A stretch of 64,000 nucleotides of DNA, taken from assembly GCA_963851265.1 (NCBI GenBank), contig CAWKNZ010000008.1:128001-192000 (forward strand), read 5' to 3'. Shown one piece after another: positions 61,107-64,000 of the stretch (its first letter is position 1; every line of letters begins with the position of its first letter). A model generated the notes under the pieces. It ran no database searches. It was given only the letters and a program-made list of their open reading frames with translations, and was not told the origin of the DNA. This stretch comes from an uncultured Gemmatimonadales bacterium (lineage in GTDB: Bacteria > Gemmatimonadota > Gemmatimonadetes > Gemmatimonadales > Gemmatimonadaceae). The translations under genes and the position numbers were made by a program.

Positions 61107-62915
61107 TCAGCGGTACGGGTACAGCGTGACGCGCTGCACGCCGAACGATTCGGCGCCCAATCGGATGTGCCGCCCCTGGTGCGTCTGATCGCCGTTGAGC
61201 CAGCGTCCGCCCACCCACCGACCGCCGGCGTAGTGCCCTTCCTGCGCACGCAGAATCCCGGCGCTCGGCGCGCCCGGCACGTTGGAGGCGAACGTCACCG
61301 TCAGCCCGCTCCCGGCGATCAGGAACTCGTTGGGCGCGAGTGCGACGACGATCCCGCCACCGGTGCGCGCCTGGATCCCCGCGCCCGCCCCGGGCGCTCC
61401 ACCGGTCCCAACACCGGCCGGTGCGCCGGTCGCGTTGAAGAAGATTGGCACCCCACCCGGCATCGACGCGCCGGGCGGTGCGCCGGGCGACGCCCCGGGC
61501 GGCGCGCCCGCCGGCGCCGGGGTGGCGCCCCGCGACGGCGTCTGGAACGTCACCGTGAACGTGTAGTCGCCCAGCCGAAGCACCTGGGCCGAGTCGTTCA
61601 CCACGCCGTCGAAGGCGACGGGCGGCAGGACGCCCGTCATCGTGCCACGCCCCTGGTGCGCGAGAATCACCGGCGCGAGCTGCGCGAGGAGCGCGTAGCT
61701 CTCTGCCAACGGCACCGCCGTCGGGTCCGCCGCCTCGATCGCGAACGGGCTGAAGCCGATCGCGTCGTGCCGCCCGAACGCGTAGAGCGCGTTCACGGCG
61801 GCCTGCGGGTTCAGAATCGCTTCCGGCACGAACAGCGGGTTGCCGGACCGCACGTACCGGCCCGTCCACTCGGCGAAGTTCGGGAAGTAGATGTCCGGCG
61901 CGATCAGGTCGAGCGACGGCGCCGCCGCGCGCCACACGTCGATCAGGTGCGGGAGCGGGCCGGCGCTCACGTACCGCCCCGGTTCGTAGCCGGGCCGGAT
62001 CAGCGCCGCGTTCGCGTACATCGGCAGTGGGTACTCCGCCTTGCCGGCCGCGGTCACGGCCTCGGTGAACCGGGCGAAGTGCCACGCCATGAACAGCTCC
62101 TCCGTCGCGGGACCCGGCCCGAACACCTCCTCCCAACTGCCGGCCGTCCGCCCGCCCCGCGCGCGCCACCGCGCGCGCAGTTCGGGCGCCAGGTGCTCGC
62201 GGTGGGCCTCGAGGTACGCCGTCAACGCGGCCGGCACCGGGCCGGCATACAGCGAGTCGGCGAGCGCGCTGTGGTCGCGCGCGGTGGGGATCATGCCGAC
62301 CTCGTTCTCCACCTGCACCATCAGCACCGTGTGCCGGGTTCCGTCCACCAGGCGCAGATGCCGCATGAGCGCGCGGAACGCCCGGGCGTCGACCTCGCGC
62401 GTCGCCGCCGCGTACGGCGCGAGGATCTCCTGTCCGGTACCACGGGTCGACTCGGTGCGCGGGTACCGCGCCTGGTTCGTCTTCACGTACGCCGGCGGGT
62501 AGGTCGACATGCTGTTCTTCCAGGTGCCGAACCAGAGCAGCACCAGGCGCATTCCGTTGGCGCGCGCGTCCCCGATCAGACTGTCGACGCTCGCGAACTC
62601 GAAGCGCCCCTCGGCCGGTTCGACCAGCTCCCAGTAGACGGGGGCGATCACCGTGTTGAGGTGCAGCGCGCGCAGCTTCGGCCAGATCGGCCGCATCTCC
62701 GCCGCGCTCGACGCGGTGGAGTTCCCGAGCTCCCCACCGAGGACGAGGAACGGCGCGCCGTCGACGACGAGCTGCGTGGCGGTGCCCTGCCGGCGCAGGT
62801 GCGGGATGCCCGCGTCGGGCACCTGCGCGCGCGCGACCGCGGCCAGGGCGGCCAGGGCCACCCCCGCGCCGCCGGCGCGCGCGGCGGTCAACGACGCGCG
62901 TCCGCCGACGACCAC
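61107..62915 (-). CDS. GH35-like beta-galactosidase with C-terminal beta-sandwich
   Basis: GGELGNS, WELVEPAEG, WFGTWKNS, MVQVENEVG, APDIY, LFVPE, LNGDQTHQG. Confidence 0.8.
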   Translation of the reverse strand: MVVGGRASLTAARAGGAGVALAALAAVARAQVPDAGIPHLRRQGTATQLVVDGAPFLVLGGELGNSTASSAAEMRPIWPKLRALHLNTVIAPVYWELVEPAEGRFEFASVDSLIGDARANGMRLVLLWFGTWKNSMSTYPPAYVKTNQARYPRTESTRGTGQEILAPYAAATREVDARAFRALMRHLRLVDGTRHTVLMVQVENEVGMIPTARDHSALADSLYAGPVPAALTAYLEAHREHLAPELRARWRARGGRTAGSWEEVFGPGPATEELFMAWHFARFTEAVTAAGKAEYPLPMYANAALIRPGYEPGRYVSAGPLPHLIDVWRAAAPSLDLIAPDIYFPNFAEWTGRYVRSGNPLFVPEAILNPQAAVNALYAFGRHDAIGFSPFAIEAADPTAVPLAESYALLAQLAPVILAHQGRGTMTGVLPPVAFDGVVNDSAQVLRLGDYTFTVTFQTPSRGATPAPAGAPPGASPGAPPGASMPGGVPIFFNATGAPAGVGTGGAPGAGAGIQARTGGGIVVALAPNEFLIAGSGLTVTFASNVPGAPSAGILRAQEGHYAGGRWVGGRWLNGDQTHQGRHIRLGAESFGVQRVTLYPYR

Positions 62916-64000
62916 CCCGGCGCGCGTCCGTTAGGCACGGGCGCGAGGCGCTCCACCGCCTGCATCGCCGCGCGCATGTACCCCAGGGCGTACGCCATCC
63001 CCGCGTGCCACGGCGCGCCGCACGTCATCTCGGGCGTGTGGTCGGGGATCAGCACCCCGTCGTACCCCACGTCATCGAGTGCGCGCACCACGCGGATCAT
63101 GTCGAGGTCGCCCTCGTCCACGAACACCTCCTCGTAGCGCGGCACCTTGCCGCGCACGTTGCGGAAGTGCACGTAGCCGATCTTGCCCTGCCGCCCGTAA
63201 TCGGCGATCGCGTCGTACACGGTCTCGTCCCCGGGCATCTCCTGCAGCGTGCCGAGGCAGAACTCGAGTGCGCTCGCGGGGCTCGGCACGAGGTCGAGCA
63301 TGCGCTGGTATTTGTGCGCCCGGTTCACGAGCCGGGCCGTCCCGCGCAGCCGCTCGGTCGGCGGGTCGTCGGGGTGCAGGGCCATGCGCACGCCGTTCTC
63401 CTCGGCCACGGGCAGGATCTCGCCGAGGAACCAGCGGAGGCGCTCCCACAGCTCGGCGTCCGAGACCGGCGGCACGATGCCCGGCGCGGCGTCCGGGTCG
63501 TACACCATGTTCCAGACCATGCCGTTAGGCATCGGCAGCTGCGGGTCGATGGCCGCCTCGTCGTAGACGAGCGCCTTCGCCCCGCCGCGCCCCCAGGGTC
63601 CCTTGGTCCACCCCCAAACCCCGGCGATCGAGAAGTTGTAGCCCATGATCGGGATCCCGGCGCGCCCCACGGCCTCGATCGTCCGTTTGAGCCCCTCCAT
63701 CTGCCGCCGCTTGGCGGGGCCGTCCAGGAGCACGTCCGACCAGTGCGACGGGTCGAAGTTCTCGATCGCCTCCCACGTCAGCCCGTTGGCCTCGATGTCG
63801 CGCTTGATCGCGGCCAGTTCCTCGTACGTCCAGGGCCGGTCCTGGTTGCGCGTCACCCCCCAGCCGAGCGTGGGCGGCCCGCTCGTGAGCGAGGGCTCCG
63901 CGCCGGCGAAGTAGTCGACGAGGTGCACGACGAGGTGGGTGACGCCTGCCTGCTTCGCGAACTGGTAGTTGTCGCGCGTGAGGAGCCCGCGATAGAGACC
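62888..64000 (-). CDS. uxuA: Mannonate dehydratase (start lies beyond the window)
   Basis: QAGVTH, GIPIMGYNF, PVAEENGVRMALHPDDPP, VHFRNV, FVDEGDLDM, PDHTP, AYALGYM. Confidence 0.9.
   Translation of the reverse strand, partial: GLYRGLLTRDNYQFAKQAGVTHLVVHLVDYFAGAEPSLTSGPPTLGWGVTRNQDRPWTYEELAAIKRDIEANGLTWEAIENFDPSHWSDVLLDGPAKRRQMEGLKRTIEAVGRAGIPIMGYNFSIAGVWGWTKGPWGRGGAKALVYDEAAIDPQLPMPNGMVWNMVYDPDAAPGIVPPVSDAELWERLRWFLGEILPVAEENGVRMALHPDDPPTERLRGTARLVNRAHKYQRMLDLVPSPASALEFCLGTLQEMPGDETVYDAIADYGRQGKIGYVHFRNVRGKVPRYEEVFVDEGDLDMIRVVRALDDVGYDGVLIPDHTPEMTCGAPWHAGMAYALGYMRAAMQAVERLAPVPNGRAPGWSSADARR

Overview
High-GC (about 75% by eye) bacterial window; gene content suggests Gemmatimonadota, which is an inference. 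It has three blocks. (1) 1-1.9 kb: a decayed integron with a C-terminal intI remnant, an attI-like core and three cassettes with recognisable attC halves, one carrying hicAB; a Ser/Thr kinase-TPR gene follows. (2) 4.9-38.2 kb: a ~33 kb RiPP super-cluster. It holds eight double-glycine precursors (four NHLP-leader, four short-leader), a complete NHLM export system (C39-ABC, ABC, HlyD, TolC) and a LivK-like binding protein. Its enzymes are an uncharacterised HExxH protein, two LanM synthetases (one missing a cyclase Zn ligand) and a frameshifted LanJ-like dehydroalanine reductase. It also has sigma54 and LytTR/LytS regulators and a divergent TOMM operon (17-Cys Cxx-repeat precursor, fused E1-YcaO, SagB-type dehydrogenase). 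(3) 38.3-64 kb: a SusC/SusD glucuronoxylan utilisation locus (xylAB, GH67, GH115, CE15, GH10, GH3, SGNH, GH35-like, MFS, FadR, uxuA). The heptamer GCCTAAC/GTTAGGC occurs at least 44 times across the window, far above chance. Several single-base frameshifts may be sequencing errors. All family calls come from motif recognition, not database searches.
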